DNA of 64,000 nt from Botryllus schlosseri. Lineage: Eukaryota. The stretch lies in assembly GCA_051294905.1 (NCBI GenBank), contig CM119371.1, positions 35,156,001 to 35,220,000 on the forward strand. Direction: 5' to 3'. Below are positions 51,801-64,000 of the stretch, piece after piece. How positions within the stretch are numbered: the stretch's first letter is position 1; every line of letters begins with the position of its first letter. The notes under the pieces are model-generated. The model saw only the letters and a list, made by a program, of their open reading frames with translations, was not told the DNA's origin and searched no databases. The position numbers and the translations under genes are program-made.

Positions 51801-54800
51801 ATATTTAACCACACCTGTTGACAGCACAAGGCACAAAATCCCACTTCAAATTTTGTATGGCAAATTCTACCGGAAACAAGCGTACCGTTGAATTTATTTT
51901 CAACAGAATAATACAAACCTCATCTTCGGCGTCGCTTTCCTCGTCGGAACTGAAAGAATGCGCGTGCGGCTCCGTGAAGGTCTCAATATCGTTCTGTCAA
52001 CAAAACGCGTGCATTGTTACCGTCATGTTCGCATGCGTCTACAGGGCAAACATTGTACTGTGAGTCAACGGAAGTCATCATTTGCTCACACGTTCAGTTA
52101 TTCTATCCACGTCGGTTTATCATTTCATTCGTGGAACTATTTCTACTTTAGTAAAGAAACAAGTGGTCAGTAACGCAGTAGTACTGTTTTTTTCAGAGCA
52201 CTCGAGTACGTATTGCTCGAGCGTTTACGTTTGATGAATACTTCTACTTCAATTAAAACATATTTTTAGTCAAAACCACTCAATTTTTACACTTAGGATT
52301 TTGGTAACTACAAAGAGGTTTCGGGACGATTCCATCGCGTGTGTGAATGTAATTGTCACGACGTTCGGACGAAATAGCACTCTTATAGCGGTGACCAATA
52401 CATTTCTGAACATTGCATATATTTGTGTTCACAATTTCAATCAACTGTTAGCAGTATGCGACCCATCCGACGAATCCACAAATCTAAATGCGTCTCTCCG
52501 ACTGCGAAAAGCTACAAACGGGTCAACGGCTGACCTCGACTTCTTCCTGCGTCTGATCGACTTCGTTCTCCAAAGTCTTCGGCTCCTCCTCGGTATCGGA
52601 CGGCGCGGCTACAGTCAAAGGCGTCTCCGACAAAGGGCTTTGATCTGTCAGAATTTAAAATAACAGAACTTCACAGAGGATATCTTACAACAAAGTATTC
52701 ATAGAGCGGAATATTCCTGTTTGTAGTTTCCAGAGATGGTCAGTAACGAAGGTTTTCAAGACAAAACTGTACGTGGTGGTAGCAGAAAATGAAAGGCCTG
52801 AAAACTGCCAGTGGGGTAAAAGCCTCTGATTCCACTACTAATTGTTATGATCTACAGGGGCGTAGCCAGGGGGGTAGAATTGAAGAACGTTCTACCCCCT
52901 TCCAGGCTCGATTCTATCCCGAAAATCCCAAATAAACGCTACTGCTATAACAACATTTCTTCACGATATCGCCTAATTCCAATTTGCTACGCGCGGCGCC
53001 GATTGCCGACGCTTATTACATGCCTTTTTCTCGTCGATCTCTCGTCTACGGAAGCGCGTCTATGCAAGCGTGAAAGGGGCATTGTTACATTTTTCTCTCG
53101 GCGAGTCAAGCTTAATCCCTTCATTCTGAATGCAGTCGTCGAGCAACAATAACATTTGTCGCGTCGTTCACGCATTGGTTTTCTCATCAACAGTTCATTG
53201 TAAACGATAACGAACATTGATAACATGAAAATGACAACTTATAACTGAATTAAATCATCTTTTGAAGCAATAGCATCTGATTCGTGCTTTGCCGAACTCA
53301 AGCCTGTTCCCAAAACAGCGTGAAGACGCAATACATTCGATTCGCATTTTATTTTAGACGCCATTGTTGTGCCTTGTCTTGACCTCAATGACCATCTATA
53401 CGTCATACTAGAGTATGCCTTTCGTGATCGGTATCCCATCGGGACGCATTCAGCCTTCAATAGCCGCGCCGAAACTTGTTTGCGATTACCTCACTTTGGG
53501 AATAAGTCATTATTCACGCGCCGATACAATTAGTATATGCGCCATGTTCGAAATGAATGGAATTGAAACGCCGAGCAGACGTTACTCTTACACGCGAATT
53601 GAATCATGTCAAAATTCATGAAGATATAACTGATTCTGCGCTGTATAGATTGTTCGTGTGAAATGTTGTTCTTGTATTGTTTCAAGGTCCATTACTTATT
53701 TGAATGCAAATAAGATCTCCTGCACTGTAACAGGCTGAGCGCGTGCGCATCGTAATATGATCCCGTGCAAGTTGTTGATTGCTCACTCGCTTTCAGTAAT
53801 TAGATCCACCAATTAGTTACGCTCTCTAAAGCGTACGGGATACAGAAGTCGCTATCGCTAAAGGTATGACGCATAGAAGGTCATTCTGCCCCCTTTATTC
53901 AGTTCTACCCCCTTTTTATCACGGCTGGCTACGCCCCTGATGATCTATGCCGAGTATTGAAAGATAAATAAATTATTCAAATACTAAAATTATACGCTCC
54001 TAGCCACTAAGAGCTGATTTATGAACAGGAAATATACGTTCGATACTATTTTCCGCTGTCGAAGCCTTGAAACCTCAATTGCTTCTAGCACGGCATACGA
54101 GACAATGGTTCTCGACCTTTTTCGACTCAACGCCCCCCTCATCAAGCTCGACATATTATTTATCGCCCCGTATTTTCGGATACGAGAAAGAGGACATAAA
54201 AACAGGAAATTTACACAGCTAACTCTGATCGCCGGCAATCAACTGAAAAAAGGGTCAACTATTCGCGGCGGTCCCGGTATCTGAGGATAGTCTGTCGCGA
54301 GTTGACCTTTTTAGTCAACATTCGCGGCAGCTCCGGAATAACGCGTTTCAAGGGTGTTTCGTGCGGCATCCGGCAAATTAAATATATCTGACTGAACGTT
54401 TCAACATTTTTGCCCCCCATCTTTGCCCTCTTTCTCAAAATCGCCCGCGTTGGGAACAACTGCTGTAGCACAACACTGTGCACGCTAGTGGAAACCCGCG
54501 GCGTTGTCACAAAGTGCAATGAGATAGATATACCTTGGTATCTTTATGCGGCGTAAGGCATTATATTATTTGCGGTCGCAACGAGGGTGAGGTGAATATT
54601 TCTACTTCCAGTATCACCCACACTCTTATGAATGATAATAAGTAGGGTAAGTTTTCGCAACTTTTTTTTACAGCTTCCGGCAGCTTCCTAAATACTTGAA
54701 AGTTATGTAGAATGCTGTTTTAAGCTGTTTGAAGGGATCTTATGGTGCAACTTTTTGCAATTTTTTCGATTTTTCATTCAAGTTTTTTCGATATATCATA

Positions 54801-57800
54801 AAACCAACTTTTTACTGGAAATGTTTGGCAGTATATGTCACTGTTTTTGAGAAATTTGGTGAAATACACGGCCAAATTCGGCTGGAATACCGTAAATCAG
54901 CACTGACGTAACGCTCTTACCGGTAAGAGTATCGATTTTGACAAGTCGCAATCCCGATAGACTACTGACCAACACTGCACAGTGCTGATGCTGACGCAGG
55001 TTAGATTAAATTCAAAAACTGTACCTTCATCATCAACGCTAGCATCTGAGCTGTGCTCAGTCGCATTCTCCACCTTATCTTCACTACCGACGGCAGACGC
55101 CTCCTGATCTGTTGTGTCAACGCTACGCGCCCCTTCTGCAAAACAAAATATTTGTGCCTGCAGAATATCCGAAGCAAATCTCGTAGAAGCCTACCTCTGA
55201 TATCGTCAGCGTTAAAAGACGCTACGTTGTAATCGTTACGTTGTACCTGTTCCTCACTTGGCTGGCTTTGTTCCTCTGTAATGCATTAAAAAAAAAATGT
55301 AAACCATCAATCAGCCAGATTCGAATCAGATACTGAAAATTTGGCTCACATTAAATAGAATCAGCATTTTGCAATAGCGTCACACAGTGTCGTAACCAAG
55401 TCACAAGGTTCCGAGTCATCATTCAATCTTACTTTTATAGTTTTAGCTCGAGTCAAGTCGAGTCAATATCAGTTCACAACCGAGTCATGTCCGAATTCGA
55501 GTCAGTTAATAGAGGGTCGAGTTCGAGTCAAAGTGTTCAGTTTTGAGTTTAACCAGGTTCAACCCACTTTTTCAACTCAGCTCGAGTGATATCGAATGGC
55601 TCGCGTTCATAATATTCCTCAGACCCAACAGCTTCTGGCCCTATTTTCCAAGTATCAGGACTGATAGACGAAATACCAAAGATGTGGTGACTTTACTATT
55701 CTTCAAGTTACAATGAAATGTCTGCCTCGGCCGTCCTAGTCTCGAGTCATATGACTTGGTTCAAATCATGCACAATGACTAGAGTACAAGTCGAGTCAAT
55801 ACATAAGTTGACTCGAGTCGAGTCATTTTACGCATTTGAAAATATGACTCGAGTGATTACACATTTTTCTCGCATTAAGAAAGTTTATTCAAGCAACTAA
55901 AAGGCCTATTTTACACAAAACCTGAATCCAGCTATATATATTTTATGTAGAATCTCATATTAATTTCTCAAGTGGTTGCGGTTTTAGGCCACTTTCTTGC
56001 ACTTTTCTAGGCCTAGAATACTTGCCCTTAATTCCGTACATGGAAATCACCACTTCCAGCTGTACTCCAGTAGAAATTTACAGTAACTTCTATTTCTACT
56101 CAAGCAATCGCTAATTAAATCTAATTTTAACAATAACTCACCAGGCTGGATTTTTGACTCCGTAACTACAGATTCCCCGTCGTCCGATTTCACTTCATTC
56201 TCTTCTTTTGGATTCTGGACTTGAACGAAACTATCCAGGCTTTGGTCGGACGATGAATCTGACTTTTGCTCTTCGATATGGACATTGCACGTTACTCTGA
56301 AAGAAAAAAAATTGGGAATACAAACTACCATAACATATATTAGCGCGAATTCAAGTTACAAATGGTAAAGAACTAGGCTACAACATAAGAGTGATTTCAT
56401 ATCACCTATTTAAATCAATCAAATGTTCTTCTCAGTTTTCTACTAGTTGCTGACGATTACCCCTGACGAGTGTCAGCCGAAAATATTCGGGCTCATAAAT
56501 AAATTATTCAACTGTATGTTGAAGTTATCTACTGAATTTAGAATATGGACTTTTCATTTCACAACTGTGTCTACAAAGCAAGCTTTTGAAATATCCATAA
56601 ACATTAAAACAGATCTTAAGGTCTCTACGGTATCATTGCATCCATCCTTGACACGATTACTCACTCTGGCGCTAACTTATAAGCATACATATTGGCAGGA
56701 GGAAGAGAAATTCAACGTACAATTAAATAATATATTGATATCGAAATAAACCCTAATTATTTTGGCTGACACTCGTCAGGGGTAATCGTCAGCGACTAGT
56801 TGAGAATTGGGAAGAACATTGTACACCAACAATCGTATCACAAAATATGAACGTGAAATATTTGTTGGCTTGTAATTTGTACATTTGCGCGACTCGACTT
56901 GAAAGATTTTAAATCCGAGACAACTTAACTTGCCTTGACTCGAGTCAATTTGTAAACTTGCGTGACTCGACTCTAAAGATGTTCAATCTGAAACAGCTAG
57001 ACCCCACTCCGAGACACTTTCAAAATTATTCAACTAGAGACTGAAAATTTTGAAATGACTCAAATCAAAAGTTAGAGACTTGATCACAACATTAAAACAA
57101 ACAAACATACAAACACTAGACCACTCACGTGCGTCCGAAGGGTACGTTGCTGTGGCTCAGTTTCCACGAGGAACGATACTCGCACTGGTGAACCGGGGCC
57201 AAAAGCTTGACCACCAGCACTCCGGTCTGCCCGGGCCGCAAAGACGGCACCCCCACGCTTTTTCCCTGGGACCCCCAATCCGACAGACTGGACCCCCTAC
57301 CGGCCGCGGGCTCACAAGACTCCTCGATGAGATGCAGCTGTGATAAGATATTGCTGATTAGTAGGGACATTTCAAAATAAGTAAAAATTGTAGCGTTAGG
57401 TCAAAAAGTTGTCAAAATAGTTGTTTTGCAAGCCTGCATTTCGTTTGTATCAGAGATGTTTGCACTGTCGGTGAACTTATCATTTGACATTTTACAGCTT
57501 GTTGCCTACTTTATAGGCCTACCGCTGTAGACGTCCCATTGTCTGCTCCTTGTGAATCATGAACGGTCAAATGAAACAAATAGGTTGACATGGTGTTATC
57601 CTCAAAGTACCGCAATATCCCAACTGAAGCAAGACTGCGTGGGCATTGCATGGTTCTTATATCAAGAAGCGCATCATGAAAAATTGTGATGTAGACACCA
57701 TCGTCAGAAGGAAGCAACGCGGTGTTTCACTAGTAGTGTCCGCACAACTTCAGTGTTGTCAGCCAACAACTGCTGCTGTTGAAAGTTCTTTCTCCATTCT

Positions 57801-60800
57801 TGGTACGGACGGACACATTCTACTTGGGAATGTAGTGAAGTATCTTTCGTTGTACTACAGTTTTTTAATTATTTCTACCATAATGCGTGATGAAACTACT
57901 GGGATTGTCATAGGGCCGGATTTCGTTAAAATAAAGTTTTTCATATAAAAATTAGTCAGTTCGGGGCCTACGATACGGGTATGAATATGTGATTCCAAGA
58001 AAATTCCAAAGTGACCCCATTGAAAGAAGGTTCTCGCAGTACAGGCAAATGAGTGGGGGGCGTTTTCTGGTCGGTTTAACAGAAGTTACCAACTCTGAAA
58101 AGATAATACTGCTCCGTTCTATGTTGAAAATTGACATTAATTTCTGGGAGCATGATGTTGGTGTTCAAAGCTCAGTTCATTTGGATCATTTCAAACAAAC
58201 AATTGAAGATGTGGCAATTGAAATTACTGGATCATTTTTATCTCCTGACAGTGAGGAGGTGTCCTATTATGTTGCTGGGTACGTCGGCAAAAAGGTCCTA
58301 AGAAAATGAATTGCAGGGAATGTTCTAAGTTAATTGTTGAAGAATCCGGTGACACTAATTCATTATATTTCGACATACTCTCTCGTGGGGGATTGCTTGC
58401 CCCTTCAGAACCACTCGCTAAGTTTGCTGCATCCAGTTTTTCAATCCTGGAGGGTTCTGATACAATCATCTGCTCTCATCCTCAAGTCTCAGTGAGAGAA
58501 GCTGCCGAATATGTTTTGCAACGTTTTGGGGGTCCATAAGCTTTGCCTGTTGTAGTCATCAAGAGCGAGCTTCAAAATTGGCGAACAGAATCATTGTGAA
58601 CATATATTACAATAACAAGCAGAAGCTAGTTAATGCCTCTGTGAGAAAAGATGTTATGAAGGGCTTTAAAAAGCGGCAGTTGAGCAAGTCGTAGCTTACC
58701 TACATCATTGGTGCATTTGATTCGCTGAATTTGAGGTCGAATCTTTGTAACCATAAGCTTGGTGTTTGTATTTGCGAGTATTTACTTATGAAAATGACTT
58801 AAATTTATTCTTTACATGCTGTAATTGATTTTACCATGCATTAAAATACTTCTCATTAGCAAGTTTATTCCTTACCGCTATATAGTCTATTTGTGTGATT
58901 AGTGGATAAGGGGATATACTGGATAACTGTATCTTGGACGCTGTCAATTGTAACTTTGGTAAAGTACTAATTTCGTCTGTTATACGGCTTTGCTAGACTT
59001 ATCCTAAGGGAGGGATCTGGTTGCGAGAAACGAAATCGTAAGCAATCGCTGATGTCTGTTTTGCGAACGTCGGCCTCCCCGATGTTGCAAGTGGAATGCG
59101 CAATATAAGGCCGTAAGTTATCGTAGGCCCCGGTCAGTTTTTGATGCAAAGAAGGTTTTTTTCAGGTCAAACTACTTCGCAAGGACAGACAGTTCCAACC
59201 AGAAATGAAGATGAAGATAAGTGGTACAATCCTAACATTGTGCGGAATAACACCTAATTTGCATAAGCTAGGTCAAATTTGGTCAAAATTTTGATTTTCA
59301 AGGTAAAAAAATGTCAAAATTTTGAATTTTAAGTTCAAAATCTTCCGCTTTTTAGGTAAATAAATATCTCGTTTTTTTAGCCAGTAAAATTTGAAGAAAA
59401 AGTTCATTTTCGACAACCAACACAGTAACCACCCCCGCTAACTTACTCGTGTATCGTGGTCCCATTCAGAGTTACCGTCGTTCCTGAAAACCCAATGCTT
59501 CTCAAAACTGGTCCCGCATCTTACAACGCTGTCGTCGGGCAGACTCTGACAGACGACCGAAGCCTCGAAGTCGCACCCTTCACCTTCGGAACTGGCTACG
59601 CTGCTGTTGAATAAAGGAAAATTCTAGATTTAAAGCAAGACAGGCCATTGAAATACGCAGAAATGCTAGATATGACTCGACTCGAGTCATTTTTCATATT
59701 TCAAGACTCGACTTGAGGCAATTTGTGTATTGACTCGACTTGTACTCAAGACTCAGATGGCTAAGAGAGGCATTTCATTGTAAGAATAGTAAAGTTTTTC
59801 GTCGATCAGTACTGGTGTTTGTAAAATAAGGCCAGAACCTTTTAAGAGTGAGGAAATTACGATATTATTAATAATTCGTTGAACCGATAGCAGACGATAT
59901 AGATAATAATAATAATATCTTGGTCGCTTTCACACCTTACTTAATGTCCACTTGCTAAGTAACAATTACTATATTATGAATAAAATTCGTTGAGCCTATA
60001 GCAGAACGATATAGATAATAATAAGAGTAATTATTACTTTGCAAGTGAACGTTAAATAAGGTGTGAAACCAACCAAGATCTTATTATATTACAAATGCGA
60101 GGCATTCGATATCACCCAAGCATCGTTGCAAAGAGTATATTATTATTATCATTCATTTTTTATTATTAAAATCGTGTTATGGTGCTTCTAACAAGTTTGT
60201 CAAACACGAGAAGCTTGTACTAAACCCAGTTAACACTAATGAATTGATGCTATAATTGGTATATTTGAAAAAAGTCAAACCCCCTCTGTTTTTTTCGGCT
60301 GGCTACGCGCCTGACGTCATGACATAATGTTATACGTCAAAGTTCAAACATCTATCTTCTATGCCACCCAGAAGTATATAATGTCTGTTATCCCTCACAA
60401 AAGATTCTTTGGTATTCTTCTGACCATACCGATCGCATTGCACTTTGTGACAATGTTGTGGGATCATTATGACTTACGAAATGTTTATTTCATTCCAGTA
60501 ACGTCTGTAGCTTTGTAATATATCTTTCGTATGCTCGAAGCATTGTGCCAAGCCCTAGTAATGAAGTATTCTACTTTAATTGTGAGTAGTACAGTAGGTT
60601 ATGCCTACTTCATCTACTGAAGAGTTTACATTACAGACAGTTACATGACGGTGTTACAAGTAACTAATCAATCACAAAACGGCCCATTTCAAAGGCAGGC
60701 AAAGGCAACAATCCAACAATGAAACACTCTAAAAGCTAATAAGATAGTCAATCATTCACAAACCCGACATTCACAAAGAAAATGCCAACGCAAGGTCACA

Positions 60801-63353
60801 AGACAAGCACGTGTTATTGAGATTTGCGCGCTGCTGTGAATCATTGTCAATTATCGTCCTATGGTATGAAATTTACTGTATCGGGAAATCCCCAACACTG
60901 AATTATCATGTAATCCTTTGGAAGGTATTGGCCTGGTCTTAAACAGTGTTTAACTAATATTATTCTGTGTTGATATTGAAAATGTCAATTCGGAAAGTTT
61001 AAAGGTGGTAAACTTACTTAAGAGAGAGTAATGCGCCACGTAGACTTGGTCACTAGAAAATTCCAGTTATGTGCCTATTGATTACAATACTTGAAGCGAA
61101 ATGACTGTAATCTAATATTATAATTATCAAAATCAAATTTGTGGAATGTTTCCATGGTCTAAATGTAATCTAATTCCTGCATTTTCTGAAAATGCTACAG
61201 GAGAATGGTATAATGTGTAATGAGCCAAGTTTCCTGTACGAACAGACATTTGTCAAAAAAAGTCAAAATTAGATCAAAATTGCAGTGTTAGGTCAAAAAA
61301 TGACAAAATTATTTACAAAGTTTAAACTTTTTTGCAACCTGCATTTCGTTTGTATCGTAGATTTTGCACGGTCGGTGAACTTATCATTTGACATTTTACA
61401 GCTTGTAGCCTACTTTATAGGCCTACCATTGTAGACGGCCCATTGTCTGCTCACTGTGTATCATAAACATATGAATTCAATAAATAGGTTCACATGGTGT
61501 TATGCTCAACGTACCGCAACATCCCAACTGAAGCAAGACTGCGTGGGCATTGCATGGCTCTTATATCAAGAAGCGCATGATGAAAAGTTGTGATGTAGAC
61601 AACATTGTCAGAATGAAGAAACACTGTATGTCACCAGCAGCGTACGCACAACTTGAGTGTTGTCAGCCAACAACTGCTGCTGTCAAACGTTTTTTCTCCA
61701 TTCTTGGCAAGATACTTAGTAGGGACAGACACATTCTACTCGAGAATGTAAGAAAGTATCTTTCGTTGTACTACAATTTTTTTTTACTATTTCTACCATA
61801 ACGCTTGATGTAACAACTCGAATTCTTCATAGGGCCAGATTTTGTTAAAATAAAGTTTTTTTGTGTCAAAATTTGTCAGTTTTTGAGGCAAAAAAGTATT
61901 TTCTCAGGCCAAACTACTTCGTAAGGACAGACAGTTCCGACCAGAAATGTAGGGCTGGATAAGTAGTAGTATTCTAACATTATGTGGGAAAACACCTAAT
62001 CTGCATACGTTAGGTCAAACTTGGTCAAAATTAAGATTTTTAAGGTCAAAATTTTGGATTTTTTTTAGTCAAAATCTCGTGTTTTTACGTAAAAAAAATC
62101 GCCCTACTGATTAAATGTCATCTGAACTTGAATCAATTTTTTAAGTTTTCGAGAACTCAGTAATTCTGAATCTAATCTAATTCGGCAAAAACCGTGCGAG
62201 GTGGTTAGGCCTATAATTCTAATTTTAAGCTTATTGGAAAAAAAACTGTGCAGCTATAATTCTCATTCTAATCTAATTCGGGAAAACTGTACATTAACAA
62301 CAAGAGTTGTCTGATGTGACCATTGATCTCGATATTGACAAGAAAAACCATGAAAACCAAACGAATGCAGTGTGCAGCGATCCAACCAATATCGTGGGTA
62401 TTTTACCATATACAGAGACGCTTAAGTAATTCAAAGCGGAATGGTTTTCAGTAACCACACATCAGTAGATTAATCTTTATTAATATAAACAGATTGCAAT
62501 AGAAACACATCTGGAGATCTGGCCCGAGTGTTTAATCTCTATGAGATTCAATACCATCTCACAAAGGCGACCATATGTTACTTTGGCAATGAAATTAACC
62601 ATTGATTCGTGTGACTGAGGGTTGCACAGCCTGTGTCTATTGATTTCCCAGTCAATTCATAACACCCTTGATAGTTAGTGACTAATTGGTGACTAAATGT
62701 TCGTGATAATGAATCATAAACGCTTTTGTATGATAGATAGCAAAGACGAGGCTGAGACTGAGGCTCTTTAATGATCGCCATCAGGTTTAACCTGATTATG
62801 AATTGACGCATTCTGCAAAATTTAGGATTTCAAATCATAGTATTTACTGTAGGTAGATCTATAATAAATAAGTAAAGAATTTGCTACTGTAAATACTATA
62901 TTCTTCAAATCCATAATTTTATACTCAAATAACTTTGCTCCTACTGGTTGGAATTTAGCCAAATTTGGTGAGCATCGTATCTGCAGACAACCTAACAATT
63001 TCACAGGGTAGCCAGAAAAATTTGAAAGTTTTATATTTATATATATAAAATTAATCCCAAACTTATACGGCAATGCTTACATAGGTTGGAATGAAACCAA
63101 AATCGGCGCCCAGCGTTTTTTAGGCAACCCAACAGTTTTATTGAAGAAACAAGTCAACTTTGAACAGCCCCATCGTCTAATTATCATATTATCAAGATAC
63201 TACATAATTTAGACAACAGACATCATATCAAACAAGCAAAACAGTATCTACGTTACCTTAAACTTGAGTGTGGCGAAGCCTCTTCTTCGTCAGTCCTGTT
63301 ACTTGCAACCTGTTCTACGGGTTCAGGCGTACGAAGCTGAGCCAGTTGCTCAC
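48893..63353 (-). CDS. NBR1: NBR1 autophagy cargo receptor homolog, 3' 11 coding exons (5' part lies beyond the right edge of the window)
   Basis: Phase-consistent GT-AG exons: 63353-63257, 59603-59447, 57337-57129, 56296-56142, 55275-55195, 55135-55025, 52644-52535, 51993-51919, 51222-51045, 50837-50131, 49153-48893. FW domain: LPDDSVVRCGTSFEKHWVFRNDGNSEW...VPSLRPGQTGVLVVKLLAP...YRSSWKLSH...FGR. LIR region: SFVVVPLPDCFDVNKPL. C-terminal UBA: QLYEMGFHDLDLNRDIFNQCAGDLTRTVQALV. Confidence 0.9.
49257..49960 (+). repeat. Interspersed repeat carrying a hAT C-terminal dimerisation-domain relic (copy 1 of 4)
   Basis: Shared blocks tttcgtttgtatcgtagatgtttgcactgtcggtgaac... and aaggacagacagttccaaccaga. 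Other copies are at about 51311-51695, 57395-59400 and 61255-62105. The family translates to CQPTTAAV(E/K)R(S/F)FSILGKIL. Confidence 0.8.
52855..53939. mobile_element. 1.09-kb non-autonomous hAT element
   Basis: Perfect 15-bp TIR caggggcgtagccag. 8-bp TSD atgatcta at 52847-52854 and 53940-53947. Confidence 0.93.
54103..54462. mobile_element. Degenerate hAT MITE related to the 9519-9924 family
   Basis: Ends caatggttctcgacc / gttgggaacaactg with cgccccc motifs. No clean TSD. Confidence 0.5.
56425..56820. repeat. Palindromic (foldback) repeat
   Basis: actagttgctgacgattacccctgacgagtgtcagcc at about 56443 is inverted at about 56764-56800. Half copies lie at about 23560, 31215 and 33140. Confidence 0.7.
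57962..59132 (+). mobile_element. 1.17-kb internally deleted P-superfamily (THAP9-like) element
   Basis: 14-bp TIR cggggcctacgata. 7-bp TSD gtcagtt at 57955-57961 and 59133-59139. It encodes the transposase C-terminus YVIPRKFQSDPIERRFSQYRQMSGG...YYVAGYV...CxxC...LSRGGL..PS, with two frameshifts and a stop at about 58694. Confidence 0.88.
61255..62105 (+). repeat. Interspersed repeat with hAT dimerisation-domain relic (copy 4 of 4)
   Basis: ORF 61550-61801 contains CQPTTAAVKRFFSILGKILSRDRHILLENVRKYLSLYYN. It is flanked by gtcaaaa-rich tracts. Confidence 0.8.
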
Positions 63354-64000
63354 CTGCGTGTACAAATTAGATTTTTAGCTTCAAGCATTTTCAATTTCAA
63401 ATTAGAACCCGCCATTAACCAGAGCTAGACAGCATTGCTACTTGCGTTGTTGTAGTAGCAGTAGCACAATTACTTTCTACTGGATTACCAGCAGAGTATC
63501 GATTCCCAAGACGCGTCAAAATTACTTTGAATTGAAGTAATAAATGTAAGGTCGGAAAATTACTGAAGTAGTCTCTAGAAGTAGATTTTTTCGAGGGTTT
63601 GCACACTTTCTGCAAATTATATTTGGCTACTTGTGAACGATTACTGATTTTATGACTACTGCAAAGCAGGGTTGCAACGACTCAAGTCGAGCCATTTTCT
63701 CAAAATACGGCAAAAGAGTCGAATTGAGGCAATCTGTGAATCGACTCGACTTGAACTCGAGTCATATGACTCGAGACTAGGACGGCCAAGAGTAACATTT
63801 CGTTGTGATTTCGAAGAATAGTAAAGTTACCACACTACTGGTATTTCGTCTATTAGTACTGGTACTTGAAAATGCGACCAGAAACTGTTACAAGTGAGGA
63901 AAATTTGCATATTATGAATGTGAAGCATTCGATATCACCAAGCTGAGTAGTGAAAAGTGGGTTTAACACTAAACAGTCAACACCTATGACTTGGACTCGG

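Noticed and set aside
32975..55100. Shared peptide SAVGSE in POC5 exon 3 and an NBR1 exon
   Set aside because: It is a six-residue match in low-complexity acidic regions and most likely chance.

Overview
This is eukaryotic (metazoan, probably invertebrate) genomic DNA; the taxon cannot be fixed from sequence alone. Bases 1-14826 are a 210-bp tandem satellite with interspersed ~205-bp divergent monomers and a hAT MITE inserted in it. The array ends in a Helentron/DINE-like terminal structure. Two spliced genes lie on the minus strand: a complete 13-exon POC5 (47630->22218, ~583 aa) and the 3' 11 exons of NBR1 (63353->48893; FW domain, LIR, UBA). The main feature is a 10.8-kb Foldback-type Mutator element (36752-47523, 9-bp TSD) inserted 20 nt from the POC5 exon-1 splice donor. 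Its arms are modular satellite-like inverted repeats (6.0 kb vs 1.75 kb), and it carries an uninterrupted 762-aa MULE-SWIM-Ulp1-PHD ORF with no N-terminal DNA-binding region. Introns and intergenic DNA are full of DNA transposon derivatives: hAT MITEs with 8-bp TSDs, a TTAA palindromic MITE, a deleted P-like element and hAT transposase relics. All family assignments come from motif recognition, not database searches.
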